In this document: piece after piece, positions 39,615 through 54,268 of the stretch | Position numbering within the stretch: the stretch's first letter is position 1 | Layout of the letters: each line of letters opens with the position of its first letter | Assembly (NCBI GenBank): GCA_951406725.2 | Contig: OX597828.1 | Span: 31,620,001 to 31,684,000 of the forward strand | Origin: Octopus vulgaris | Lineage: Eukaryota | Length of the DNA stretch: 64,000 bases | Direction: 5' to 3' | The notes under the pieces: generated by a model | Databases searched by the model: none | Told to the model about the DNA's origin: nothing | The model's input: the letters and a program-made list of their open reading frames with translations, nothing else | Made by a program: the position numbers and the translations under genes

Positions 39615-39770
39615 TTTTTTGATTCTCTCTTTGTTCATTTTCCGTTATAGCTTTCCGTTAAAAAAGCTTAGACTCGAAACCTAAAATATGTTTTCATTTG
39701 TTCGAGCTTCAGTCTAATACACTTCTTGTTCATACGCCTGTCTTCGTCATTTCTTTTTCTATGAATTTCC
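39615..39770 (+). mobile_element. pLTR-like module (copy 2 of 3, most decayed)
   Basis: CTTTCCGTTAAAAAAGCTTAGACTCGAAACCTA...AATACACTTCTTGTTCATACGCCTGTCTTCGTC aligns by eye with 57200-57300. Confidence 0.55.
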
Positions 39771-39934
39771 ACTGCATCATATATATATACACACACATTC
39801 AGGCATGAACTACACAGAGGGGAAATTTTACCATACTTTATAAACTGACGTTATTCAAATTGCAAAAATATTGCAGCTGAAGAACAGCTGAAATGTTATA
39901 TGCAGATTTTTAGAGCAAATTATATATATGTATT

Positions 39935-39982
<48 letters not shown>

Positions 39983-40004
39983 TGTGTGTATGTATGTAAA
40001 TATA

Positions 40005-40071
<67 letters not shown>

Positions 40072-40314
40072 GTATGAATGTATGTAAGATATTGAATAAT
40101 TTTGATGTGCTATTTGACATTTATTGATTTTATGTAAATGTATTTATGTTAATTGTGATTTAAAAGTCAACCGCATCGGGCGATAATATTAACAAATGAA
40201 GATAGATATATCAATACATAAAATAAATATACGCGTGTGTGTGAGTGCGCATTTATATATGTCCATACATACACACGTGCGTACACATATACACGTTCAT
40301 ATGCACAAACACAA

Positions 40315-40374
<60 letters not shown>

Positions 40375-43300
40375 TATATATATACAGAACATTGAAAAAA
40401 ATAATACATATATATATATATATATATATATAGATAGATAGATAGATATACATACAATTATATATATGTAAGTTTTTGTATATATATATATACATATTGA
40501 GATACACTATTTCACATATATACACATAAGCGAAGCCACATACGCCCTGCCACAACTACGCACAATCGCATATATCTACTCGGCAATAAAAACGAAAAAA
40601 TTATAATTTAGGTATTAAATACGAACGAAGCGTAAATGTAATGAATATTGGTCATAAAAGTATTCTATTTGAGGGAGACATTAAGCCGAAATAATGTTGG
40701 ACTAAATTAAAAATATATCGGAGAAAAACAAAATTAATGAAAAAGAATATTAAATACTAAAACATTCTCCGTAAATTGGAAAGGAAAAATTCAAATATCT
40801 ATAAAAAAAAAAAACATATATTTTCATCTTAAATATGAAACGCATTTTAATTATCGATATTAATATTAATATTATTACCAATATTAATTTTTATCGATAT
40901 TAATAATGATCGAAGAAAGAATTGAAATAACAGACAAAAGACTATTGAATATTAGTGAAGATATTGGTAACTGTGACCTGAAAGCCGCCATTAGATGGCT
41001 GAGAGCCGTCGTATTGATAACGTCACGGGAAATGCACACTTTTGTGAGACTGTAATTGATTTGAGAATATAATCTTGCCTTGCTCACAAAGAGTAAGAAA
41101 TGTGATAGAAACAGAATGAAATGGATTATTCTCTATTAGAGAAAAGAACTTCTTGTCTGTGATACAGACTAGTAACATGAGAATTTTCTGAAAGGAAAGT
41201 TTTTAACGGCCATATAGATCACACTTTACTGCTGCTGCTGCTACTACTTATTATGCGGCTGAAATAGGCGAATAAATAAATGTTGGAGTTTTAGCGTAAG
41301 CTACAATCGCCTCTGGATATTTAATTTTTCTCTTATTCACAGAAGAATCTGATGAGCCAAACGTACCATTCCATCACTAGTTGGCTATGTCATCTATTTA
41401 ATTCATACTTTACTCTTACTTTTAACAGTTAGAATGACATCTCACTGACTACCTCCTTGTTATCGACGGGACTGGCATCTTTGACTTTTTTTTAGATATG
41501 TATAACTCATTTCATATAAATACATCAACAACTAGTTCATTATCCATAAGTGTACACTTAATATAAATAAGAAAGTGGGAAATGTTTTTTTATAACGTGA
41601 TACAAAAACAAAATCAATGAATATTACTGTCGGACTCCTGTCGAAAATTCCCAAGAGACAATGAAACTCTGGCTGCAAGCGTTAAACTTTTTAAATGTCA
41701 GAGGTATGTGGAAAATTGTTTTGTATGGTAAAAGCAAAAAATTATGGAATAAGATTTTGAGAATTATGTTACTTTTTCCGGAGCCGACGAATTAGTGCCA
41801 AGTACTTGAATAAAAGAGGAAATTAAGAGATATTCAGCCATGGGTGAAATGTGTATGTTTTATGTAATATTATCTAGTTCATAAATTGAAATGACTCCTA
41901 AGCAAAGTTGAGGTGGTAGAAGCAATATCAGAAAATATTGTTTTCCAAATCCAGGTAACACCCTGATCTTGAGTGATTTTCCTTTAAAATGTTTCTGATT
42001 CTTAAGAATCATGTCCTACATTTTCCACTCTCTTTGCGTTGCGGTTTAATATCTATGTACGACCAAACCTAAGCAGCAATGCGGTTTGCTGTGTGTATGA
42101 GACTGTTTCTCAGCGAATCAGTTCATAAAATAGTAGAGGTTGGAATAAATCTTTCGGGGAACTTAGTGAGTAGGATTTTCGATCTTATCTTCGCTGCAAT
42201 ATTTCATTTACAGTCTAGAAATATTTTCTCTCTTTTTTTTTGTACATGATGCTAGATCTAATTCCACCATTTCTAAGAACTATCAACAATAATCATGTTC
42301 CTGGGAGACTGGGAGAAAAATGTGTAAGCATTGGAGAATGACAATAGGTCATATTTTAAAAGATGTTATATGCCCTGTCTTCAATGGCTTACTTTTCAAG
42401 AACATATTATTTCTACGAATATTAGGTTCTCCAAAATCTATAACAGCACTTAAGTGTGTTGTTTAATATTTGACTGTTATTTTATTACTTCGATAGTCTT
42501 GTCTATGAATGAGAATGTGTTAGTCTTAGAATAATTCGAGTCAGTTATATAAATAAATAAATTATACGTCAGTTCAAAGATGTGAGCACCACTTAAAGAG
42601 TAGTGTACCGTGTTAATAATAACGCATACAGGTTTGACAAATGCTTTTTTAAAAAAAATTACTTCTTATATAGTGTTGTATTTGAGGAGAGTACGGGTAA
42701 CAAAATTTATGGCATTAATGCTATTTGATAGTTAAGCTATATGACACTGTCTGATCCACTGTCGGTATAAAAGTGCATATCTTGCACTGGAAATTTTTTT
42801 TAGTGCATGTTTTAACAAAATAAGTTTTTCTTTTTCTTTCTGTAAAATACAAAATTATACAGAAAGAAAAAGATTGAGACGGGAAGAGAGAATTTTATGA
42901 AGAAAAAGATATGAATAGAATTTTTGTTGTGTCTTGGCAAACTTCATAACACGTACTCCACTTCTATTTTACTCATTTACTATTAGTCTGTTCGTTAGAT
43001 ATCTATCCACCTAATTGATAGTTTCTTAAAATAGTTAATAAAAAATCACCATTTTTTGTTTTGTTTTGTTTTGGATTTTGTTCGTTAACTATATTTCGTC
43101 CCCATTCTCACCCTTCTACATATCTAAGCAAAAGTCAAAGCAAAACGATTGGCTGTTTAAACAAACAATCAGTTAATCAGTTTGATAGATATTTATCCAA
43201 TTGTATAATAATAAAGCGGTAGTGAACCAGTGCTAGTGTTTTTAATATAGGCGCAGTCACTCTCCCAAGTCGCAGAAAATCTTGTAACATCATGCGAATT

Positions 43301-44810
43301 CGTATAAAGAATCTTGCAAAAAGCATAAATAAACGAAGTTTTAATAGAAGTTATTAAAAGACAAAATCATAACGAACACTTTTAGAAGTTAATTTGATCC
43401 TGTCATCTTATACCATGCGTTTTTATAAAGATATTCACACAAATCATATCACTGTATGAATCCAGAAGAAATGATATGATTAGTAATTACATACCTTCAC
43501 TACATAGTTATTCAAGTCGTCCAGCCAGATAACTACCTACCTTTATGGACAATATAATAAAACAAATTGATCATACATATATATTTTTGGCATAAAATCA
43601 AGGTTCCGGAGACAAATACATATAGCCGTTATGTTACCAGAATCTTTTTAAAATTATTATTCACCTAGTATTGATATATTTAAAGATTGCTACAAAATGC
43701 AAAGAAAAAGTGATGATCAAAAATTTTTCTGATAATGCTAGGGCAAAATTGTACATTTAAATTCTAGTGATTACAGAAATGCGAAATGGCTTCATCAGAA
43801 AGGAAGACATATAATTTCAAAGTTATTCTTCTCTGATTACAGTGAAACATCATAGAGAAAATAATTATAGTCGTTATTTCAGTAATATTCGTAGCACTTT
43901 TAAATTAGAAGTATTTTCTATTAACTTCGTGTTTTAGCATAAAAAAGTATAACGGCTATACAATACATAGTTACATTACGGATTGGCTTAAGCAGATTGC
44001 ATCTGCTTAACATTTTAACTGATTAGAAAATTAGATATCGATTCGTAGCAGGAACACAAATCTTCTTGTTTCAATTAATGGTGAAATATACGTGGTAGTT
44101 ATATCTAATGAAATCAAATATAGACATTGATTGCTACATCTATTTATTATTTTATATACTTTTGGTGATTTGTAGTTCGTTAATCAATGTGAATGTTGTT
44201 AAATATAGACTCTGTTACTGACCAGGTCCGTATTTCTTACGAGTAATTTTACGTTCACAGATTAATTCTGATTTTAATTATATTGAGATTACAGTTATTC
44301 TCTCACAGACAGCAAATTTGCCCACATTCCGGTGCTATATTTTGGAATATCAATTACAAACCACTTCATTCATACAGCATTATGGCAGTGTGTATTCGGT
44401 TTAAAGGCAAGAACAAGCTTGTTTATTTATTATCTATGATTATGTAAGATGAAATGTAGAGTTATCTAACAATTATCACTAAATTTCTCTTCTGATATGG
44501 CGTTTGGGAGCTGGATATCCTTGCTGTTGTTGGGTAAACTTAAGTTTAACTAATTTATGTCAACCCTGATTGCACAAATTGATTAAATATGCTGCAATGT
44601 TGAACATCTAATCTTTTTCCACGTATTATTGGCATGGCTCTACATATTTCATTATTCAATTTCGTTTTCAATAGAGCATTGTGGAATTGAAATACAATGC
44701 GGGACATGTCAGGAACCCCTGAAAATTCTCCTTCGTAGCTTCAAGGTTCCCTTAAAACTAGATTCAGATTATAATTTACATAGTAACATCTATTAAAATG
44801 ATTTTATGTG

Positions 44811-44923
<113 letters not shown>

Positions 44924-47515
44924 CATAACTATTAGAAAACTTCTTTTAACTGCTATTATTCAAATATTCAAATTCCTAGCAATCAACATAAAATAAAACA
45001 AGCAAAGTTACGTAGAAGATTAAAGATATTTTTCAGACGCCTTCATTCTACTAACTTCCCCAGCAAATGGATTTGATAAAATCTAACTGAATATTGCGTC
45101 ATATGTGTTTATTATATGATACTAAATTAAGTTTGCAAAGGTAGGTGCTCGCTGATCAATTTCACTTCATTTTCTAGTAATGTACATATGCTTGTCAGTA
45201 GAATAATTTAAACAGTTTGCAAAATAGGCGAAGAGATATTCTGGATGCGAAACGAATGCTTTATGATGAAATGCAATTATATATTTGTATATATATTTGT
45301 GTGGGGGCGTTTGGTCTAGTGATTCCAATCCCTTGATGATCGGTGTAATGTGAATTTGAACAAAACACTTTATCTTATTTTCCTGTGAAAACCCTTCGAC
45401 ACCCGTCCTTTGGTACATCGTGAGAGAAGTCAATTCTGATTGTTTGTTGCTCAGCAAGGAACTGCAGAGCCACGTATCTCTGACACGACAGACTACCATT
45501 ACCATCATTAGAATTTGTAGGATACTTTTATAAGAGGAGAACATAGAAATAAATCCAGTTGCTTAGACTACAGACTGAATTCAATCTAAACATTATGACA
45601 TTGAGCAAATATGAGCTTTCTAAAACAAATGCATGCAGCAAAACCTGAAACACTGCTTTTAATTAGTCCCTTCCGTACTTGCAAAACATGATGAAATTAA
45701 AATGTTAGTCGGTATATTATTATTTACACATATGCAATTGTATCAGAAGAAAAACTTATCTATAATCAGGATTATTGTTCAGAGCAATAACACATTTTTA
45801 TTTAGGATGTATTGGTTATGACGCTTCGATTGCTCGTTGAGATACATTCACTTAAACATTCACGCATTAATTTCCAACTTCCCGACATTATTCAGGACAC
45901 TGATAAACACCTTATCGCAGAAGTTTATATGGATTTCATGTAAAATAAAATTTTCATAAAAATATGGCTTTTGTTAGAAAATTATATGTGAAGAGTGTTA
46001 ATTCCATTACATTCAGTGGAATATAACTGCCGAATTGCATTTAGTTTGTGTTATATAATGACACTAGTTACAATGATTTCTTGAGGAATTGTAACCAAAT
46101 TTACATTTAGGAAAGAAGAGATGCCTTATAACGAACACCAAACGAAGGATTATACAGTAGTTATTAAACTCGTGGATAATAAAATTTCTATATTTGAAAT
46201 TATGTGATATTTAAATAAATAATTTAACTTTAGATTTAGTATTGTATTGAAAGAGTAATCAATATAGAAATATCGAAATATCAATTATTAATTACAGGCA
46301 TTTAATTGATGCATTGATTGAGAATTTATTGCTGCTAAACGTTAGGATCAGTGTGATTCTGCAGGAGTCATAATATGTACAATAGTGCCTATTCGATGTT
46401 CCGTCAGATATTTCCTGTGAGCAATTTTGATTCTGATTTTGTTTCTGGAATGTCGTTGTGTTCATCGAAGCACATATCATCATACAGAACGCAGTCCTAA
46501 TAAGGAAGTAATTTACTTTCATAATATATGAATATTTTATAAAGTGTTATATTTAACGACACTTTCATAACGATCATATGTATCGCATTATGATATTACA
46601 CTATATTATATATCAATTATCTTTCGGATTTAAGTATTTCCGATAAATTTCATAATCATTGTTAATATTTCTCATTGAATCAACATAGATGACATCTTAG
46701 TTAATAGGTTCAAAATACTGTAATAACCTAACATTTTAGGATAGTAATTGTTTTAAAAATAACACAGCACTTATCCTAATAAACCGAGCAGAATGAAAAC
46801 GCTATCGGCAATATATATTATTGTTGAGTTGCTGTATACACTTTATTATTCGGTTTGATAAATACTTCCTTAACATTTAGTAAATCTATGTCTCCAGCTA
46901 TTCGTATATATATTTCTTTAACACTTCTGCAATAATTTGATAGTCCTGTACATTTCGTAACTCTTTTTATCATATTTTGGGGAGAATACCATCATTAGTT
47001 ATATATCCTAAGTAGAACAATCCGTGATTCACTACACTTGGGAGGCAGAAAATTACGACACCCTACTACGAATACAAAAAAAGGTTTTGACTTATTTTAT
47101 CGCTGTTCCAGTTCAAATATGCAGTTTGTTGATCTCTACTCGGAATATATATTTACCCGAGATTAGCTGAATTTTGCAAGAGGCTTGTAAGAGGTCTATC
47201 CCAGTCAGGAATTCATCCGATTTAATATGACATCACTTCGCACGAACATATTCCTCCAATGAAATATTTGATAATACAACGTGAGCGTCAGCCATAGGTG
47301 CCTGGACAGCATAGCATCTAAAATCACGCACTACAACCAGCAAATATGCAGCCTCATTTCCCCTGTCCTCCAAAAATACTCAAAAGTTTCTGTTATCCGA
47401 GGAATTTATGCTGAACGGCGATAAAAATAAATCCTGGTCGGATATGTACTGAATCACAAGGGACTGCTATGAATTTTGGGCGGACGTTGAGAACGATAGC
47501 GAACACAAACAATAC

Positions 47516-47586
47516 CTCTAGTTGTACAAATATGAATTTTCAAACGAAAAATATACAATATACACACAAAATAAGGACGTACGGCT
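47516..47586 (-). other. Candidate 71-nt internal exon (5' UTR or coding)
   Basis: The acceptor is TTTTATTCTATATTTGTTTCAG| and the donor is GAG|GTATTG. It sits 134 nt downstream of the donor at 47720. Confidence 0.35.
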
Positions 47587-47720
47587 CTGAAACAAATATA
47601 GAATAAAACGTGTGTATAAGTAACGTAACGGAGAATGTCTTAAAGTCCTGGAAACGGAAAGTGTATACATGGAAATATAAACGAAATGGGGAAAAACGAA
47701 CGGTGAAAAAACAAACTTAC

Positions 47721-47905
47721 CGTTGAAAGTAATGAAGGAAGCAAGAGCTTGACGGAAGCATGACTGAACAACAGAAATCATTTAGCATCACGCTTCATTA
47801 AACTCATTTATGACAGACCATTTCAACAAAACAAAAGACGATATTATTGGAAGTGTCACGTTCATAAAAAACAGCCACGGAGCGGACAAATGTTAAACAA
47901 CTGAA
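47721..47905 (-). other. Candidate first exon of a minus-strand host transcript
   Basis: The donor is ACG|GTAAGT at 47720, and an initiator-like TCAGTT lies near 47900-47905. The flanks are unique and CpG-richer, with a CT-rich tract and TGACGTC at about 48100. The 5' boundary is uncertain. Confidence 0.45.
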
Positions 47906-48521
47906 TCAAATAAATACAATATTGATAAAAAAATAAACGCCCAATTGAACGCCCAAACGGAAGCAGTACGACTGCGACAGAAGAATGGTCACGGGTCCCG
48001 TAGCAGTGGTAGGAGATAGAAAAATTTGGCTGACTGCAGAGAGACAGAAAGCAAGAGAGAGGTACGTTTGTGAGTGAGGGAGAGAAAAGAGAAAGGGAGT
48101 GACGTCGCAGAGAAATTCTCTAATTTGTAAGGTGACGAACAGATGGGTGAGTAGCTTTACGTTGAATAATAAGTTTCAATAATTAAATAAGAAGCGCGAC
48201 AAAGGAACGAACGACAAATTCACGCACAAGACATGCACTTTCCCATTCTTCTTCCTTCATCCTCCCCAAAAATCATTACAATTTCATGTCTTTGACGATA
48301 ATATTGTTCAATTTTGGTGGCGTCAGCGACGACAGCCTACGAGGAATAGTGAGCAAACGGGGAGATCAGGAACGGAAATAAACGACATAGGTGGTCGCAC
48401 GAACGTAAATATTGAAACGAATTGCATATACATGTATACATATATGTATTTATGTGTGTGTGTATTTATGAATGTATTGGCATTTATGAACCTATGTACG
48501 TCTTTCTCTCTATTTATACAC

Positions 48522-48556
<35 letters not shown>

Positions 48557-50246
48557 TATATAGATAGGTAGATAGATAGATAGATAGGTATATTGATAAA
48601 TAGATAGCTAGATAGATCGATAGACAAGTGTACAGATATATATATAGGTTTATGTGTACACTTTTTATTCAGTTGTAATACTTAGTTTCATGAAAGTTAT
48701 TCAAAGCGAAACACATATTTCGTCGACAGATATTGCGAAACTGACTCAATTATATTTGTTCCTCTATTCGCCATTAATCCTATGCCTCGACCAAAATCAC
48801 ATTCACATTTATAATAAACTAATTTATGCCTTTACAAAATTCACATAAAGTAACATTTGGATATATCCATGATTCCAGCATAATTTGATTTACCAATGTT
48901 CACTCTCTCTCGCTGCAAGTCCCCCAGCCCGTCTCAGTATATGTATGTATGCATGTAAACGTTTGAATATATCTATATATATATATATATATATATTTAT
49001 GAATATACGTATGCACACACCCATTAAGACTCATCTGCGCTCAGATGTAAATTGAATTTTTCATGTGCGTTACAGTTTTAATGATACTTGATCTACTTAC
49101 TATTGTGTTGGTGATATTTTAGTCTGTGTTCCTCCTCCTGGGAATTAACGAATGAGTGTTTCTATATTTTTCTCTTTTTTACTCGTTTTTTGAGATTCTA
49201 TTGATTAGAAATAAACTTTCAGCCCGAGACAGACACAGGCTCTCCGTGCTACTATATGGAAAGAAATTCATGCATATTTTGTGTGTCCTTCAGGTGCACT
49301 AAATTATATAATAATATATGTTTATATTATTATATAAATTATGGTGTGGATTTGTACGGCTAACATCTTTCAAGGCATGTAAAAAGTAAAGTGTACTGAC
49401 TGTAACCAATAAGTTGATAATTTTATATGAAACACTGAACTCTGGCCAAATGGTTAGGAAACAGACGCACCGCACATACATATCATATACTTGTGTTTTC
49501 ATGTTTTGTAACGATTGTAAAACGAGGAATCAGTGAAATAGGTTCAGGAAATGTGCCAGTAGCATGCTCTGAAATATAGAAGAGACAAAAAGTGAAAAAA
49601 AAATCATAAACAAAATTTTCTTTGGCGTGATTAGAAGAAAACAATATAAATATTACGAAAATGATTTTTTTTTATAAAGAAAAACAAAAGAAATTATGAA
49701 AGGGAAATTTTTTATGGATTTGTGCATGAATACATATGTATGGAGTGGTGCATGAAACAGGGTAACAATGGATATGAATTTTCCCGCCCAATTTTATCAT
49801 CGTAAAACATACAATTTGCATTTCGTAGCATTTTCAGCTTAAGTGAATATAATCTACGTGAAATTGTAAAACATTAAAATTACATAATATTTAGCGATAT
49901 GGTTATTAAATTGAGAACCGTAATATAATCTTCTTATAAATTATGTGACGGTAATTAAATTGTAACAAATGCAAAGTTGGTTGTGTCACTGGATTAAGTA
50001 AAATTACTTTATTATTTCAATAAACGTCATGCATTTTAGTGATACGTTTTAGTATAAGATATACTTATAACACAAAAAAGATGGTTTTAAATTATTAAGT
50101 TTCTACTACCTTGTAGTTTTAGTTCTAGCATTTAAAAACCCAAATAAGTATATGCAACCAAGTAAAGATTAGAAGTATTCGAAAGTAGAAAGAAAGTAGA
50201 CGAATCCAAAAATATTGAAATATGAATCTCTGAAAAGAACATATGA

Positions 50247-50415
50247 TTTCAAATTTTGGCACAAGGCCAGTAATTTTGGGGAGGCAGTAAATCGATTACG
50301 TTGACCCCAGTGTTGAGCTCGTACTTATTTCTTGGACCCGTAGAGGATGAAACTGATAGTCTACATCGGCGGAATTTGAAATGAGAACGTAAAGACCGAC
50401 GAAATGCCGATGAGC
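50247..50415 (-). mobile_element. Diverged SINE (same core family)
   Basis: The plus strand carries TTTTGGCACAAGGCCAG..GACCCCAGTG..GTACTTATTT..GACCCGTAGAGGATGAAA..GGCGGAATTTGAA, the reverse complement of the core and tail. Confidence 0.8.
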
Positions 50416-50996
50416 CTGATGTCTTAGGAAATATATATTAATATGCGTTTTGACCTGTGACCAATAGTTTTGAGTAATATACAAAAGTAAAAAAAAATCG
50501 TCATAAACAAGTTCTGAATGCCCAATCATATGTGCCCACCTACACACATACAAACATGTACTGATATTTAACATCTGAACAGATAACACCACGTTCCACG
50601 CTAGACAAAAATCAACTAATTAATACAAGATCCTTAAATCTTCTTATTGATTATTGCTATTGTCTCGATCATGACTAATTATTCGTTACGACGACCTGAT
50701 GTATAATCAATAACAACTTTCAGACACCAATTAACCTCATATGGGAAATAGCTATGCTTTTCAATTGCCACATCCGATCATATATTTGCAGGAACGTTAG
50801 AGTGTCGTACAAAATGACTTTCAGTATTTGAACTACCTGTTTAGACTTCATACTATAAATAATACGAAGGTCAAGTTTTCTTTCCCTCTTTCAATAAATC
50901 GGAGGAACGTTCAAATATTGTAGTTTTGTACTCTAAACAAAAGGTCCATCGGAACATTTGATGCCGTGTTTATGTTACAAATAATTATATTTTCAC

Positions 50997-51174
50997 ACTG
51001 AACAACAGAAATCATTTACCATCACGCTTCATTAAACTCATTTATGACAGATCTTTTCAACAAAACAAAAGATGATATTATTGGAAATGTCACCTTCATA
51101 AAAACAGCCACGGAGCGGACAAACTTTAAACAACTGAATCAAATAAATACAATATTGATAAAAAAAAAAATAAA
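50997..51174. repeat. Direct duplicate of 47763-47937
   Basis: ACTGAACAACAGAAATCATTTA...AATATTGATA(A)nTAAA is present at both loci, with roughly ten substitutions or indels counted by eye. Confidence 0.95.
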
Positions 51175-51361
51175 TATGATCATATGATTCTCACTTTGAA
51201 AATGTTATTGTCCATGTCAGGGATAGAACTATCCAGTAAACAGAGTGTTGTTGCTATTACAAACACACGTGTACACACACGCGCTCGCACACAGGCACAC
51301 GCACAAAAATAGGAATATTTATTTATATATGAGTATATATACATACATACGCACACACACG

Positions 51362-51429
<68 letters not shown>

Positions 51430-52377
51430 GATACATACACGTAAGTATATATTAATATGCATTTATATATATAGATATTTCTAGATATACGCTCATTTAC
51501 ACACATGCATACATGTATGTATAATGGAGCGCACATTTACCAGCACTTATATATATACGTGTGTGTGTGCGTGTGTCTATATCGGCCTCAGTATTTATTC
51601 GTGTATATTTCTCTATTTCTCAATGAGCATCTTGAGAAAATATCTAGATATATCGAATTTACAAATTAATATATTTTTTTTTTCCTTTTTAATGTTCGAG
51701 TATCGGAAATGTTATTTAAAACAGCATATACCTGGACTACAATTTAGGTAAAAAAAAAATACCTGAGACAATTCTCTAAGATTTTTCGTCAGCGACCAGA
51801 GCATTAAAATAGAAAGAAAGAGATAATGCTTGCAAAGTAGCATAGGAAATTGAAAGAAGGTAGTAAAATCAATTAAATATTGTTGCAAATGCAATTCATT
51901 GATTCTCTCGAGTAGCAAAGTAGAAATATGTTTTTCGCGTTTATTATTTTCGGGGAGAGGTATATAACAAATGAAACAGTAACAAGGAAAATAAGAAAAA
52001 AATATCCGTTAAAAGAAAGCAACTCTTCGTATGTATTGTAGGCCTTATTTGAAACACCTGCTGAACTACGACATAGAGAAAAATCGATAAAACATACATG
52101 GAGATTTAAGAAAAAAAAAGGAAATAAATGGAAGAAAATTACACGGAATATATTAAAAACCTTTCAGAAGAGAAGAAAATTTATTCTTGTAGAGTATGAA
52201 GGGAATTATTACAACGTTTCAGCATTACGCGAATTCCATATCAAATAGCAGACATTAACTGTTCAATGTATGCGTCTAGGTGTATACGCTTGTATATATA
52301 TATGTGTGTGTGTGTGTGCCTGTGTGTATGTGTGTTTGAGTGTGTGTGCGTGTGTTTGTGCATGTGTTAGTGCGCAC

Positions 52378-52426
<49 letters not shown>

Positions 52427-53777
52427 TATATACATTCATGTATTTACGTATAATTATATACATAAAATAGTTTATACACTTAAAAGCCTACATACACATA
52501 CAAATACATATATATATATATATGTAGATATATATATATATATATATACATTAACATGTGTATCTACATATATATATACATACCCATATATGTGTGTTTG
52601 TCTATGTGTGTGTGCGTAAGTATGCGTGAATTTGTATGCGTGTATATATATCAATTATCTTGCATAAAAGTACCTTCCGGGAGATACGATTTCTTAAACA
52701 GATAGTAGAACATTGCTTCTTGAAATGTTAAGTGACCACTCACAAATCTGGTGTTTGACGACTGAATTTCTGTCCTTTCGCTATACCTTGATATATCTTC
52801 CTTTATATAATATTAGACTTTACAAAGACAAAAACATTTGTTCAGCGACAGTAGAAATATAACCATGAATATATTATGATGTATAGATAAAGACTGATTC
52901 CTTAGAGTTTCAATTTACAATGCAAATGATAAAAACAAAAAAAATATATTACAGATACAATGGCTTTAGCTGTTGTCGTATTCCTAGACTTTATATTATA
53001 TGACCATACCTCATATATAATTATTTGGGGGGGGGGCGTCGTTGTGTTTTTGCGAGTTTTGAGTGGTAAAATCATATACGCCGAACCCGCATGTACCTGA
53101 TCTTCAGTCCATTTGAAATAGGTATTTTATAACTTAAATTATAAATTAATCTTCTAATCTGTTAAAAGTTAATCAGCTGACGGTGCGTACCTTACATGTG
53201 ACGTTGGTCCAGAGAATTGTGAAATATAACTAATGCTTGTGAAAGTGTTCTTTTTTGTAGTCGGATGAATAAGACACAAGGACATTATGCCTGAAAGAAT
53301 TTCTGATGTAAAATATATTTGCTTAAACTCTAAGAGACTTGTTATCAATAATGAATGACTACATGAAACGCAATTAAATGACAAATAAAATATAACATAA
53401 CAGCAGTATATGTAATAAAAAAGTGCTTAAGGTTTATTTGATGAGACAATCTGAACGGTTTCATTTTCAACTTGGGATTTCGACGCCAATCCCTTTAGAA
53501 TATATTGTTGCACTCATATTGTAATCAGTGATTCATATTTCATTATGATATACATCGGTATTCAATAATTTGTGTTTGTCTTTTAAAGATATATTTTTTT
53601 TTAAATCGTCATTATATCAGTAAAATATATGGGAAATTAAAGAGGGTATTATTTCCAGTGATACTATGAATAGTTTTCGAAAATGTGATGTAATAAATGT
53701 CTAACTGAATGCATACATTAAAGAAGTTGATAATGTCGAATTTTATAACTTTATTTTCTCAGGTTTTTCTTAGAGTA

Positions 53778-54268
53778 ATTATTTACCTTCCTTACAGTTG
53801 ACGGATATTTGTCCTCATTTTGTTTGTTGTTAACACAACGAGTTAATGCCCTCCAACATATATACCCTCCAATCTTCATCAGTTGTTCTCATTGCAAAGG
53901 TATTATTATATTTACATCGGGCATATGGCGTAGTAGTTAAGAGCGCGGGCTACTAACTCCAAGATCCTTATTTCGATTACAGGCAGTGGCCTGAATAATA
54001 ATAATAATGATAATGATGATGATGATAATAGTAATAGTAATAATAATAATAATAATAACAATAATAATAATAATAATAATACTAATAATAACAACAACAA
54101 CAGCAGCAGCAACATCGAAAACTACCGTAGGAATGAGAACATCTGATGAAGGCTGGAGAGTATATCAGACAAAACCTGTGCTAACAAGAAACACGATGAG
54201 GACAAATATCCGTGAACTGTAAAAAATGTAAATAATGTACATTATTCCCCATCTCTTAAATATAGAAC
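53778..54268 (+). mobile_element. tRNA-headed non-autonomous retroelement with inverted 5' arm and hammerhead-like core (copy B)
   Basis: The left arm 53778-53902 is an imperfect reverse complement of about 54122-54236. The tRNA-like head spans 53919-53993 and the microsatellite 53994-54112. CTGATGA-A-GGCTG-GAGAGTATAT-CAGAC-AAAAC lies at 54143-54175. Confidence 0.85.

Noticed and set aside
41037-41094. Hairpin reminiscent of miR-153 (..TCACAAA..)
   Set aside because: The seed does not match and only about 11 bp pair well, which is too weak for a pre-miRNA call.
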